Part shown: piece by piece, positions 26,801 to 42,500 of the stretch
How the letters are laid out: the number at the start of each line of letters is the position of its first letter
Position numbering within the stretch: position 1 is the stretch's first letter
From: Auanema rhodensis
Lineage: Eukaryota > Animalia > Nematoda
Reading direction: 5' to 3'
Assembly (NCBI GenBank): GCA_964057225.1
Contig: OZ059899.1
Coordinates: 186,001 to 250,000 of the forward strand
DNA length: 64,000 nt
Position numbers and translations under genes: made by a program
Notes under the pieces: generated by a model
What the model was told of the DNA's origin: nothing
Database searches by the model: none
The model's input: only the letters and a program-made list of their open reading frames with translations

Positions 26801-29800
26801 ACCATGCACCAATATCAATAAAAATTTGTTTTTAGACTAATATGGACATGGGGAATCTAATTTTGAAAACCGCATCTCTTTATCTTTCACGTGAAGCGAG
26901 TTACATACCGAGTGCACATCACGTGTACATTTAATTAGCATAAATTAAAGTTCACGTAAATTTCAAAGTCATGGTTACCATGAACCAATATCAATAAAAA
27001 TTTGTTTTTAGACTAATATGTACATGGGGAATCTAATTTTGAAAACCGCATCTCTTTATCTTTCACGTGAAGCGAGTTACATACCAAGTGCACATCACGT
27101 GTACATTTAATTAGCATAAATTAAAGTTCACGTAAATTTCAAAGTCATGGTTACCATGCACCAATATCAATAAAAATTTGTTTTTAGACTAATATGGACA
27201 TGGGGAATCTAATTTTGAGAACCGCATCTCTTCATCTTTCACGTGAAGCGAGTTACATACCAAGTGCACATCACGTGTACATTTAATTAGCATAAATTAA
27301 AGTTCACGTAAATTTCAAAGTCATGGTTACCATGCACCAATATCAATAAAAATTTGTTTTTAGACTAATATGGACATGGGGAATCTAATTTTGAAAACCG
27401 CATCTCTTTATCTTTCACGTGAAGCGAGTTACATACCAAGTGCACATCACGTGTACATTTAATTAGCATAAATTAAAGTTCACGTAAATTTCAAAGTCAT
27501 GGTTACCATGAACCAATATCAATAAAAATTTGTTTTTAGACTAATATGGACATGGGGAATCTAATTTTGAAAACCGCATCTCTTTATCTTTCACGTGAAG
27601 CGAGTTACATACCAAGTGCACATCACGTGTACATTTAATTAGCATAAATTAAAGTTCACGTAAATTTCAAAGTCATGGTTACCATGCACCAATATCAATA
27701 AAAATTTGTTTTTAGACTAATATGGACATGGGGAATCTAATTTTGAAAACCGCATCTCTTTATCTTTCACGTGAAGCGAGTTACATACCAAGTGCATATC
27801 ACGTGTACATTTAATTAGCATAAATTAAAGTTCACGTAAATTTCAAAGTCATGGTTACCATGCACCAATATCAATAAAAATTTGTTTTTAGACTAATATG
27901 GACATGGGGAATCTAATTTTGAGAACCGCATCTCTTCATCTTTTACGTGAAGCGAGTTACATACCAAGTGCACATCAAGTGTACATTTAATTAGCATAAA
28001 TTAAAGTTCACGTAAATTTCAAAGTCATGGTTACCATGCACCAATATCAATAAAAATTTGTTTTTAGACTAATATGGACATGGGGAATCTAATTTTGAAA
28101 ACCGCATCTCTTTATCTTTCACGTGAAGCGAGTTACATACCAAGTGCACATCACGTGTACATTTAATTAGCATAAATTAAAGTTCACGTAAATTTCAAAG
28201 TCATGGTTACCATGAACCAATATCAATAAAAATTTGTTTTTAGACTAATATGTACATGGGGAATCTAATTTTGAAAACCGCATCTCTTTATCTTTCACGT
28301 GAAGCGAGTTACATACCAAGTGCACATCACGTGTACATTTAATTAGCATAAATTAAAGTTCACGTAAATTTCAAAGTCATGGTTACCATGCACCAATATC
28401 AATAAAAATTTGTTTTTAGACTAATATGGACATGGGGAATCTAATTTTGAGAACCGCATCTCTTCATCTTTCACGTGAAGCGAGTTACATACCAAGTGCA
28501 CATCACGTGTACATTTAATTAGCATAAATTAAAGTTCACGTAAATTTCAAAGTCATGGTTACCATGCACCAATATCAATAAAAATTTGTTTTTAGACTAA
28601 TATGGACATGGGGAATCTAATTTTGAAAACCGCATCTCTTTATCTTTCACGTGAAGCGAGTTACATACCAAGTGCACATCACGTGTACATTTAATTAGCA
28701 TAAATTAAAGTTCACGTAAATTTCAAAGTCATGGTTACCATGCACCAATATCAATAAAAATTTGTTTTTAGACTAATATGGACATGGGGAATCTAATTTT
28801 GAAAACCGCATCTCTTTATCTTTCACGTGAAGCGAGTTACATACCAAGTGCATATCACGTGTACATTTAATTAGCATAAATTAAAGTTCACGTAAATTTC
28901 AAAGTCATGGTTACCATGCACCAATATCAATAAAAATTTGTTTTTAGACTAATATGGACATGGGGAATCTAATTTTGAGAACCGCATCTCTTCATCTTTC
29001 ACGTGAAGCGAGTTACATACCAAGTGCACATCAAGTGTACATTTAATTAGCATAAATTAAAGTTCACGTAAATTTCAAAGTCATGGTTACCATGCACCAA
29101 TATCAATAAAAATTTGTTTTTAGACTAATATGGACATGGGGAATCTAATTTTGAAAACCGCATCTCTTTATCTTTCACGTGAAGCGAGTTACATACCAAG
29201 TGCACATCACGTGTACATTTAATTAGCATAAATTAAAGTTCACGTAAATTTCAAAGTCATGGTTACCATGCACCAATATCAATAAATATTTGTTTTTAGA
29301 CTAATATGGACATGGGGAATCTAATTTTGAAAACCGCATCTCTTTATCTTTCACGTGAAGCGAGTTACATACCAAGTGCACATCACGTGTACATTTAATT
29401 AGCATAAATTAAAGTTCACGTAAATTTCAAAGTCATGGTTACCATGAAGCAATATCAATAAAAATTTGTTTTTAGACTAATATGGACATGGGGAATCTAA
29501 TTTTGAAAACCGCATCTCTTTATCTTTCACGTGAAGCGAGTTACATACCAAGTGCACATCACGTGTACATTTAATTAGCATAAATTAAAGTTCACGTAAA
29601 TTTCAAAGTCATGGTTACCATGCACCAATATCAATAAAAATTTGTTTTTAGACTAATATGGACATGGGGAATCTAATTTTGAAAACCGCATCTCTTTATC
29701 TTTCACGTGAAGCGAGTTACATACCAAGTGCACATCACGTGTACATTTAATTAGCATAAATTAAAGTTCACGTAAATTTCAAAGTCATGGTTACCATGCA

Positions 29801-32800
29801 CCAATATCAATAAAAATTTGTTTTTAGACTAATATGGACATGGGGAATCTAATTTTGAGAACCGCATCTCTTCATCTTTCACGTGAAGCGAGTTACATAC
29901 CAAGGGCACATCAAGTGTACATTTAATTAGCATAAATTAAAGTTCACGTAAATTTCAAAGTCATGGTTACAATGCACCAATATCAATAAAAATTTGTTTT
30001 TAGACTAATATGGACATGGGGAATCTAATTTTGAAAACCGCATCTCTTTATCTTTCACGTGAAGCGAGTTACATACCAAGTGCACATCACGTGTACATTT
30101 AATTAGCATAAATTAAAGTTCACGTAAATTTCAAAGTCATGGTTACCATGAACCAATATCAATAAAAATTTGTTTTTAGACTAATATGGACATGGGGAAT
30201 CTAATTCTGAAAACCGCATCTCTTTATCTTTCACGTGAAGCGAGTTACATACCAAGTGCATATCACGTGTACATTTAATTAGCATAAATTAAAGTTCACG
30301 TAAATTTCAAAGTCATGGTTACCATGCACCAATATCGATAAAAATTTGTTTTTAGACTAATATGGACATGGGGAATCTAATTTTGAAAACCGCATCTCTT
30401 TATCTTTCACGTGAAGCGAGTTACATACCAAGTGCACATCACGTGTACATTTAATTAGCATAAATTAAAGTTCACGTAAATTTCAAAGTCATGGTTACCA
30501 TGAACCAATATCAATAAAAATTTGTTTTTGAACTAATATGGACATGGGGAATCTAATTTTGAGAACCGCATCTCTTCATCTTTCACGTGAAGCGAGTTAC
30601 ATACCAAGGGCACATCACGTGTACATTTAATTAGCATAAATTAAAGTTCACGTAAATTTCAAAGTCATGGTTACAATGCACCAATATCAATAAAAATTTG
30701 TTTTTAGACTAATATGGACATGGGGAATCTAATTTTGAAAACCGCATCTCTTTATCTTTCACGTGAAGCGAGTTACATACCAAGTGCACATCACGTGTAC
30801 ATTTAATTAGCATAAATTAAAGTTCACGTAAATTTCAAAGTCATGGTTACCATGAACCAATATCAATAAAAATTTGTTTTTAGACTAATATGGACATGGG
30901 GAATCTAATTTTGAAAACCGCATCTCTTTATCTTACACGTGGAGCGAATTACATACCAAGTGCACATCACGTGTACATTTAATTAGCATAAATTAAAGTT
31001 CACGTAAATTTCAAAGTCATGGTTACCATGCACCAATATCAATAAAAATTTGTTTTTAGACTAATATGGACATGGGGAATCTAATTTTGAGAACCGCATC
31101 TCTTCATCTTTCACGTGAAGCGAGTTACATACCAAGTGCACATCAAGTGTACATTTAATTAGCATAAATTAAAGTTCACGTAAATTTCAAAGTCATGGTT
31201 ACCATGCACCAATATCAATAAAAATTTGTTTTTAGACTAATATGGACATGGGGAATCTAATTTTGAAAACCGCATCTCTTTATCTTTCACGTGAAGCGAG
31301 TTACATACCAAGTGCACATCACGTGTACATTTAATTAGCATAAATTAAAGTTCACGTAAATTTCAAAGTCATGGTTACCATGAACCAATATCAATAAAAA
31401 TTTGTTTTTAGACTAATATGGACATGGGGAATCTAATTTTGAAAACCGCATCTCTTTATCTTTCACGTGAAGCGAGTTACATTTCAAGTGCACATCACGT
31501 GTACATTTAATTAGCATAAATTAAAGTTCACGTAAATTTCAAAGTCATGGTTACCATGCACCAATATCAATAAAAATTTGTTTTTAGACTAATATGGACA
31601 TGGGGAATCTAATTTTGAGAACCGCATCTCTTCATCTTTCACGTGAAGCGAGTTACATACCAAGTGCACATCAAGTGTACATTTAATTAGCATAAATTAA
31701 AGTTCACGTAAATTTCAAAGTCATGGTTACCATGCACCAATATCAATAAAAATTTGTTTTTAGACTAATATGGACATGGGGAATCTAATTTTGAAAACCG
31801 CATCTCTTTATCTTTCACGTGAAGCGAGTTACATACCAAGTGCACATCACGTGTACATTTAATTAGCATAAATTAAAGTTCACGTAAATTTCAAAGTCAT
31901 GGTTACCATGCACCAATATCAATAAAAATTTGTTTTTAGACTAATATGGACATGGGGAATCTAATTTTGAAAACCGCATCTCTTTATCTTTCACGTGAAG
32001 CGAGTTACATACCAAGTGCACATCACGTGTACATTTAATTAGCATAAATTAAAGTTCACGTAAATTTCAAAGTCATGGTTACCATGAAGCAATATCAATA
32101 AAAATTTGTTTTTAGACTAATATGGACATGGGGAATCTAATTTTGAAAACCGCATCTCTTTATCTTTCACGTGAAGCGAGTTACATACCAAGTGCACATC
32201 ACGTGTACATTTAATTAGCATAAATTAAAGTTCACGTAAATTTCAAAGTCATGGTTACCATGCACCAATATCAATAAAAATTTGTTTTTAGACTAATATG
32301 GACATGGGGAATCTAATTTTGAAAACCGCATCTCTTTATCTTTCACGTGAAGCGAGTTACATATCAAGTGCACATCACGTGTACATTTAATTAGCATAAA
32401 TTAAAGTTCACGTAAATTTCAAAGTCATGGTTACCATGCACCAATATCAATAAAAATTTGTTTTTAGACTAATATGGACATGGGGAATCTAATTTTGAGA
32501 ACCGCATCTCTTCATCTTTCACGTGAAGCGAGTTACATACCAAGGGCACATCAAGTGTACATTTAATTAGCATAAATTAAAGTTCACGTAAATTTCAAAG
32601 TCATGGTTACAATGCACCAATATCAATAAAAATTTGTTTTTAGACTAATATGGACATGGGGAATCTAATTTTGAAAACCGCATCTCTTTATCTTTCACGT
32701 GAAGCGAGTTACATACCAAGTGCACATCACGTGTACATTTAATTAGCATAAATTAAAGTTCACGTAAATTTCAAAGTCATGGTTACCATGAACCAATATC

Positions 32801-35800
32801 AATAAAAATTTGTTTTTAGACTAATATGGACATGGGGAATCTAATTTTGAAAACCGCATCTCTTTATCTTTCACGTGAAGCGAGTTACATACCAAGTGCA
32901 CATCACGTGTACATTTAATTAGCATAAATTAAAGTTCACGTAAATTTCAAAGTCATGGTTACCATGCACCAATATCAATAAAAATTTGTTTTTAGACTAA
33001 TATGGACATGGGGAATCTAATTTTGAGAACCGCATCTCTTCATCTTTCACGTGAAGCGAGTTACATACCAAGTGCACATCAAGTGTACATTTAATTAGCA
33101 TAAATTAAAGTTCACGTAAATTTCAAAGTCATGGTTACCATGCACCAATATCAATAAAAATTTGTTTTTAGACTAATATGGACATGGGGAATCTAATTTT
33201 GAAAACCGCATCTCTTTATCTTTCACGTGAAGCGAGTTACATACCAAGTGCACATCACGTGTACATTTAATTAGCATAAATTAAAGTTCACGTAAATTTC
33301 AAAGTCATGGTTACCATGAACCAATATCAATAAAAATTTGTTTTTAGACTAATATGGACATGGGGAATCTAATTTTGAAAACCGCATCTCTTTATCTTTC
33401 ACGTGAAGCGAGTTACATACCAAGTGCACATCACGTGTACATTTAATTAGCATAGATTAAAGTTCACGTAAATTTCAAAGTCATGGTTACCATGAACCAA
33501 TATCAATAAAAATTTGTTTTTAGACTAATATGGACATGGGGAATCTAATTTTGAAAACCGCATCTCTTTATCTTTCACGTGAAGCGAGTTACATACCAAG
33601 TGCACATCACGTGTACATTTAATTAGCATAAATTAAAGTTCACGTAAATTTCAAAGTCATGGTTACCATGCACCAATATCAATAAAAATTTGTTTTTAGA
33701 CTAATATGGACATGGGGAATCTAATTTTGAAAACCGCATCTCTTTATCTTTCACGTGAAGCGAGTTACATACCAAGTGCACATCACGTGTACATTTAATT
33801 AGCATAAATTAAAGTTCACGTTAATTTCAAAGTCATGGTTACCATGAACCAATATCAATAAAAATTTGTTTTTAGACTAATATGGACATGGGGAATCTAA
33901 TTTTGAAAACCGCATCTCTTTATCTTTCACGTGAAGCGAGTTACATTTCAAGTGCACATCACGTGTACATTTAATTAGCATAAATTAAAGTTCACGTAAA
34001 TTTCAAAGTCATGGTTACCATGCACCAATATCAATAAAAATTTGTTTTTAGACTAATATGGACATGGGGAATCAAATTTTGAAAACCGCATCTCTTTATC
34101 TTTCACGTGAAGCGAGTTACATACCAAGTGCACATCACGTGTACATTTAATTAGCATAAATTAAAGTTCACGTAAATTTCAAAGTCATGGTTACCATGAA
34201 CCAATATCAATAAAAATTTGTTTTTTGACTAATATGGACATGGGGAATCTAATTTTGAAAACCGCATCTCTTTATCTTTCACGTGAAGCGAGTTACATAC
34301 CAAGTGCACATCACGTGTACATTTAATTAGCATAAATTAAAGTTCACGTAAATTTCAAAGTCATGGTTACCATGAACCAATATCAATAAAAATTTGTTTT
34401 TAGACTAATATGGACATGGGGAATCTAATTTTGAAAACCGCATCTCTTTATCTTTCACGTGAAGCGAGTTACATACCAAGTGCACATCACGTGTACATTT
34501 AATTAGCATAAATTAAAGTTCACGTAAATTTCAAAGTCATGGTTACCATGAAGCAATATCAATAAAAATTTGTTTTTAGACTAATATGGACATGAGGAAT
34601 CTAATTTTGAAAACCGCATCTCTTTATCTTTCACGTGAAGCGAGTTACATACCAAGTGCACATCACGTGTACATTTAATTAGCATAAATTAAAGTTCACG
34701 TAAATTTCAAAGTCATGGTTACCATGCACCAATATCAATAAAAATTTGTTTTTAGACTAATATGGACATGGGGAATCTAATTTTGAGAACCGCATCTCTT
34801 CATCTTTCACGTGAAGCGAGTTACATACCAAGTGCACATCAAGTGTACATTTAATTAGCATAAATTAAAGTTCACGTAAATTTCAAAGTCATGGTTACCA
34901 TGCACCAATATCAATAAAAATTTGTTTTTAGACTAATATGGACATGGGGAATCTAATTTTGAAAACCGCATCTCTTTATCTTTCACGTGAAGCGAGTTAC
35001 ATACCAAGTGCACATCACGTGTACATTTAATTAGCATAAATTAAAGTTCACGTAAATTTCAAAGTCATGGTTACCATGCACCAATATCAATAAAAATTTG
35101 TTTTTAGACTAATATGGACATGGGGAATCAAATTTTGAAAACCGCATCTCTTTATCTTTCACGTGAAGCGAGTTACATACCAAGTGCACATCACGTGTAC
35201 ATTTAATTAGCATAAATTAAAGTTCACGTAAATTTCAAAGTCATGGTTACCATGCACCAATATCAATAAAAATTTGTTTTTAGACTAATATGGACATGGG
35301 GAATCAAGTTTTGAAAACCGCATCTCTTTATCTTTCACGTGAAGCGAGTTACATACCAAGTGCACATCACGTGTACATTTAATTAGCATAAATTAAAGTT
35401 CACGTAAATTTCAAAGTCATGGTTACCATGAACCAATATCAATAAAAATTTGTTTTTTGACTAATATGGACATGGGGAATCTAATTTTGAAAACCGCATC
35501 TCTTTATCTTTCACGTGAAGCGAGTTACATACCAAGTGCACATCACGTGTACATTTAATTAGCATAAATTAAAGTTCACGTAAATTTCAAAGTCATGGTT
35601 ACCATGAACCAATATCAATAAAAATTTGTTTTTAGACTAATATGGACATGGGGAATCTAATTTTGAAAACCGCATCTCTTTATCTTTCACGTGAAGCGAG
35701 TTACATACCAAGTGCACATCACGTGTACATTTAATTAGCATAAATTAAAGTTCACGTAAATTTCAAAGTCATGGTTACCATGAAGCAATATCAATAAAAA

Positions 35801-38800
35801 TTTGTTTTTAGACTAATATGGACATGGGGAATCTAATTTTGAAAACCGCATCTCTTTATCTTTCACGTGAAGCGAGTTACATACCAAGTGCACATCACGT
35901 GTACATTTAATTAGCATAAATTAAAGTTCACGTAAATTTCAAAGTCATGGTTACCATGCACCAATATCAATAAAAATTTGTTTTTAGACTAATATGGACA
36001 TGGGGAATCTAATTTTGAGAACCGCATCTCTTCATCTTTCACGTGAAGCGAGTTACATACCAAGTGCACATCAAGTGTACATTTAATTAGCATAAATTAA
36101 AGTTCACGTAAATTTCAAAGTCATGGTTACCATGCACCAATATCAATAAAAATTTGTTTTTAGACTAATATGGACATGGGGAATCTAATTTTGAAAACCG
36201 CATCTCTTTATCTTTCACGTGAAGCGAGTTACATACCAAGTGCACATCACGTGTACATTTAATTAGCATAAATTAAAGTTCACGTAAATTTCAAAGTCAT
36301 GGTTACCATGCACCAATATCAATAAAAATTTGTTTTTAGACTAATATGGACATGGGGAATCTAATTTTGAAAACCGCATCTCTTTATCTTTCACGTGAAG
36401 CGAGTTACATACCAAGTGCACATCACGTGTACATTTAATTAGCATAAATTAAAGTTCACGTAAATTTCAAAGTCATGGTTACCATGCACCAATATCAATA
36501 AAAATTTGTTTTTAGACTAATATGGACATGGGGAATCTAATTTTGAAAACCGCATCTCTTTATCTTTCACGTGAAGCGAATTACATACCAAGTGCACATC
36601 ACGTGTACATTTAATTAGCATAAATTAAAGTTCACGTAAATTTCAAAGTCATGGTTACCATGAACCAATATCAATAAAAATTTGTTTTTAGACTAATATG
36701 GACATGGGGAATCTAATTTTGAAAACCGCATCTCTTTATCTTTCACGTGAAGCGAGTTACATTTCAAGTGCACATCACGTGTACATTTAATTAGCATAAA
36801 TTAAAGTTCACGTAAATTTCAAAGTCATGGTTACCATGCACCAATATCAATAAAAATTTGTTTTTAGACTAATATGGACATGGGGAATCAAATTTTGAAA
36901 ACCGCATCTCTTTATCTTTCACGTGAAGCGAGTTACATACCAAGTGCACATCACGTGTACATTTAATTAGCATAAATTAAAGTTCACGTAAATTTCAAAG
37001 TCATGGTTACCATGAACCAATATCAATAAAAATTTGTTTTTTGACTAATATGGACATGGGGAATCTAATTTTGAAAACCGCATCTCTTTATCTTTCACGT
37101 GAAGCGAGTTACATACCAAGTGCACATCACGTGTACATTTAATTAGCATAAATTAAAGTTCACGTAAATTTCAAAGTCATGGTTAACATGCACCAATATC
37201 AATAAAAATTTGTTTTTAGACTAATATGGACATGAGGAATCTAATTTTGAAAACCGCATCTCTTTATCTTTCACGTGAAGCGAGTTACATACCAAGTGCA
37301 CATCACGTGTACATTTAATTAGCATAAATTAAAGTTCACGTAAATTTCAAAGTCATGGTTACCATGCACCAATATCAATAAAAATTTGTTTTTAGACTAA
37401 TATGGACATGATGAATCTAATTTTGAAAACCGCATCTCTTTATTTTTCACGTGAAGCGAGTTACATACCAAGTGCACATCACGTGTACATTTAATTAGCA
37501 TAAATTAAAGTTCACGTAAATTTCAAAGTCATGGTTACCATGCACCAATATCAATAAAAATTTGTTTTTAGACTAATATGGACATGGGGAATCTAATTTT
37601 GAAAACCGCATCTCTTTATCTTTCACGTGAAGCGAGTTACATACCAAGTGCACATCACGTGTACATTTAATTAGCATAAATTAAAGTTCACGTAAATTTC
37701 AAAGTCATGGTTACCATGCACCAATATCGATAAAAATTTGTTTTTAGACTAATATGGACATGGGGAATCTAATTTTGAAAACCGCATCTCTTTATCTTTC
37801 ACGTGAAGCGAGTTACATACCAAGTGCACATCACGTGTACATTTAATTAGCATAAATTAAAGTTCACGTAAATTTCAAAGTCATGGTTACCATGAACCAA
37901 TATCAATAAAAATTTGTTTTTAAACTAATATGGACATGGGGAATCTAATTTTGAAAACCGCATCTCTTTATCTTTCACGTGAAGCGAGTTACATACCAAG
38001 TGCACATCACGTGTACATTTAATTAGCATAAATTAAAGTTCACGTAAATTTCAAAGTCATGGTTACCATGCACCAATATCAATAAAAATTTGTTTTTAGA
38101 CTAATATGGACATGGGGAATCTAATTTTGAAAACCGCATCTCTTTATCTTTCACGTGAAGCGAGTTACATACCAAGTGCACATCACGTGTACATTTAATT
38201 AGCATAAATTAAAGTTCACGTAAATTTCAAAGTCATGGTTACCATGCACCAATATCAATAAAAATTTGTTTTTAGACTAATATGGACATGATGAATCTAA
38301 TTTTGAAAACCGCATCTCTTTATTTTTCACGTGAAGCGAGTTACATACCAAGTGCACATCACGTGTACATTTAATTAGCATAAATTAAAGTTCACGTAAA
38401 TTTCAAAGTCATGGTTACCATGCACCAATATCAATAAAAATTTGTTTTTAGACTAATATGGACATGGGGAATCTAATTTTGAAAACCGCATCTCTTTATC
38501 TTTCACGTGAAGCGAGTTACATACCAAGTGCACATCACGTGTACATTTAATTAGCATAAATTAAAGTTCACGTAAATTTCAAAGTCATGGTTACCATGCA
38601 CCAATATCAATAAAAATTTGTTTTTAGACTAATATGGACATGGGGAATCTAATTTTGAAAACCGCATCTCTTTATCTTTCACGTGAAGCGAGTTACATAC
38701 CAAGTGCACATCACGTGTACATTTAATTAGCATAAATTAAAGTTCACGTAAATTTCAAAGTCATGGTTACCATGCACCAATATCAATAAAAATTTGTTTT

Positions 38801-39542
38801 TAGACTAATATGGACATGATGAATCTAATTTTGAAAACCGCATCTCTTTATTTTTCACGTGAAGCGAGTTACATACCAAGTGCACATCACGTGTACATTT
38901 AATTAGCATAAATTAAAGTTCACGTAAATTTCAAAGTCATGGTTACCATGCACCAATATCAATAAAAATTTGTTTTTAGACTAATATGGACATGGGGAAT
39001 CTAATTTTGAAAACCGCATCTCTTTATCTTTCACGTGAAGCGAGTTACATACCAAGTGCACATCACGTGTACATTTAATTAGCATAAATTAAAGTTCACG
39101 TAAATTTCAAAGTCATGGTTACCATGCACCAATATCGATAAAAATTTGTTTTTAGACTAATATGGACATGGGGAATCTAATTTTGAAAACCGCATCTCTT
39201 TATCTTTCACGTGAAGCGAGTTACATACCAAGTGCACATCACGTGTACATTTAATTAGCATAAATTAAAGTTCACGTAAATTTCAAAGTCATGGTTACCA
39301 TGAACCAATATCAATAAAAATTTGTTTTTAAACTAATATGGACATGGGGAATCTAATTTTGAAAACCGCATCTCTTTATCTTTCACGTGAAGCGAGTTAC
39401 ATACCAAGTGCACATCACGTGTACATTTAATTAGCATAAATTAAAGTTCACGTAAATTTCAAAGTCATGGTTACCATGCACCAATATCAATAAAAATTTG
39501 TTTTTAGACTAATATGGACATGGGGAATCTAATTTTGAAAAC

Positions 39543-42500
39543 CGCATCTCTTTATCTTTCACGTGAAGCGAGTTACATACCAAGTGCACATCACGTGTAC
39601 ATTTAATTAGCATAAATTAAAGTTCACGTAAATTTCAAAGTCATGGTTACCATGAAGCAATATCAATGAAAATTTGTTTTTAGACTAATATGGACATGAG
39701 GAATCTAATTTTGAAAACCGCATCTCTTTATCTTTCACGTGAAGCGAGTTACATACCAAGTGCACATCACGTGTACATTTAATTAGCATAAATTAAAGTT
39801 CACGTAAATTTCAAAGTCATGGTTACCATGCACCAATATCAATAAAAATTTGTTTTTAGACTAATATGGACATGGGGAATCTAATGTTGAAAACCGCATC
39901 TCTTTATCTTTCACGTGAAGCGAGTTACATACCAAGTGCACATCACGTGTACATTTAATTAGCATAAATTAAAGTTCACGTAAATTTCAAAGTCATGGTT
40001 ACCATGAACCAATATCAATAAAAATTTGTTTTTAGACTAATATGGACATGGGGAATCTAATTTTGAAAACCGCATCTCTTTATCTTTCACGTGAAGCGAG
40101 TTACATTTCAAGTGCACATCACGTGTACATTTAATTAGCATAAATTGAAGTTCACGTAAATTTCAAAGTCATGGTTACCATGCACCAATATCAATAAAAA
40201 TTTGTTTTTAGACTAATATGGACATGGGGAATCAAATTTTGAAAACCGCATCTCTTTATCTTTCACGTGAAGCGAGTTACATACCAAGTGCACATCACGT
40301 GTACATTTAATTAGCATAAATTAAAGTTCACGTAAATTTCAAAGTCATGGTTACCATGAACCAATATCAATAAAAATTTGTTTTTTGACTAATATGGACA
40401 TGGGGAATCTAATTTTGAAAACCGCATCTCTTTATCTTTCACGTGAAGCGAGTTACATACCAAGTGCACATCACGTGTACATTTAATTAGCATAAATTAA
40501 AGTTCACGTAAATTTCAAAGTCATGGTTACCATGAACCAATATCAATAAAAATTTGTTTTTAGACTAATATGGACATGGGGAATCTAATTTTGAAAACCG
40601 CATCTCTTTATCTTTCACGTGAAGCGAGTTACATACCAAGTGCACATCACGTGTACATTTAATTAGCATAAATTAAAGTTCACGTAAATTTCAAAGTCAT
40701 GGTTACCATGAAGCAATATCAATAAAAATTTGTTTTTAGACTAATATGGACATGGGGAATCTAATTTTGAAAACCGCATCTCTTTATCTTTCACGTGAAG
40801 CGAGTTACATACCAAGTGCACATCACGTGTACATTTAATTAGCATAAATTAAAGTTCACGTAAATTTCAAAGTCATGGTTACCATGCACCAATATCAATA
40901 AAAATTTGTTTTTAGACTAATATGGACATGGGGAATCTAATTTTGAGAACCGCATCTCTTCATCTTTCACGTGAAGCGAGTTACATACCAAGTGCACATC
41001 AAGTGTACATTTAATTAGCATAAATTAAAGTTCACGTAAATTTCAAAGTCATGGTTACCATGCACCAATATCAATAAAAATTTGTTTTTAGACTAATATG
41101 GACATGGGGAATCTAATTTTGAAAACCGCATCTCTTTATCTTTCACGTGAAGCGAGTTACATACCAAGTGCACATCACGTGTACATTTAATTAGCATAAA
41201 TTAAAGTTCACGTAAATTTCAAAGTCATGGTTACCATGAAGCAATATCAATAAAAATTTGTTTTTAGACTAATATGGACATGAGGAATCTAATTTTGAAA
41301 ACCGCATCTCTTTATCTTTCACGTGAAGCGAGTTACATACCAAGTGCACATCACGTGTACATTTAATTAGCATAAATTAAAGTTCACGTAAATTTCAAAG
41401 TCATGGTTACCATGCACCAATATCAATAAAAATTTGTTTTTAGACTAATATGGACATGGGGAATCTAATGTTGAAAACCGCATCTCTTTATCTTTCACGT
41501 GAAGCGAGTTACATACCAAGTGCACATCACGTGTACATTTAATTAGCATAAATTAAAGTTCACGTAAATTTCAAAGTCATGGTTACCATGAACCAATATC
41601 AATAAAAATTTGTTTTTAGACTAATATGGACATGGGGAATCTAATTTTGAAAACCGCATCTCTTTATCTTTCACGTGAAGCGAGTTACATTTCAAGTGCA
41701 CATCACGTGTACATTTAATTAGCATAAATTGAAGTTCACGTAAATTTCAAAGTCATGGTTACCATGCACCAATATCAATAAAAATTTGTTTTTAGACTAA
41801 TATGGACATGGGGAATCAAATTTTGAAAACCGCATCTCTTTATCTTTCACGTGAAGCGAGTTACATACCAAGTGCACATCACGTGTACATTTAATTAGCA
41901 TAAATTAAAGTTCACGTAAATTTCAAAGTCATGGTTACCATGAACCAATATCAATAAAAATTTGTTTTTTGACTAATATGGACATGGGGAATCTAATTTT
42001 GAAAACCGCATCTCTTTATCTTTCACGTGAAGCGAGTTACATTTCAAGTGCACATCACGTGTACATTTAATTAGCATAAATTGAAGTTCACGTAAATTTC
42101 AAAGTCATGGTTACCATGCACCAATATCAATAAAAATTTGTTTTTAGACTAATATGGACATGGGGAATCAAATTTTGAAAACCGCATCTCTTTATCTTTC
42201 ACGTGAAGCGAGTTACATACCAAGTGCACATCACGTGTACATTTAATTAGCATAAATTAAAGTTCACGTAAATTTCAAAGTCATGGTTACCATGAACCAA
42301 TATCAATAAAAATTTGTTTTTTGACTAATATGGACATGGGGAATCTAATTTTGAAAACCGCATCTCTTTATCTTTCACGTGAAGCGAGTTACATACCAAG
42401 TGCACATCACGTGTACATTTAATTAGCATAAATTAAAGTTCACGTAAATTTCAAAGTCATGGTTACCATGAACCAATATCAATAAAAATTTGTTTTTAGA

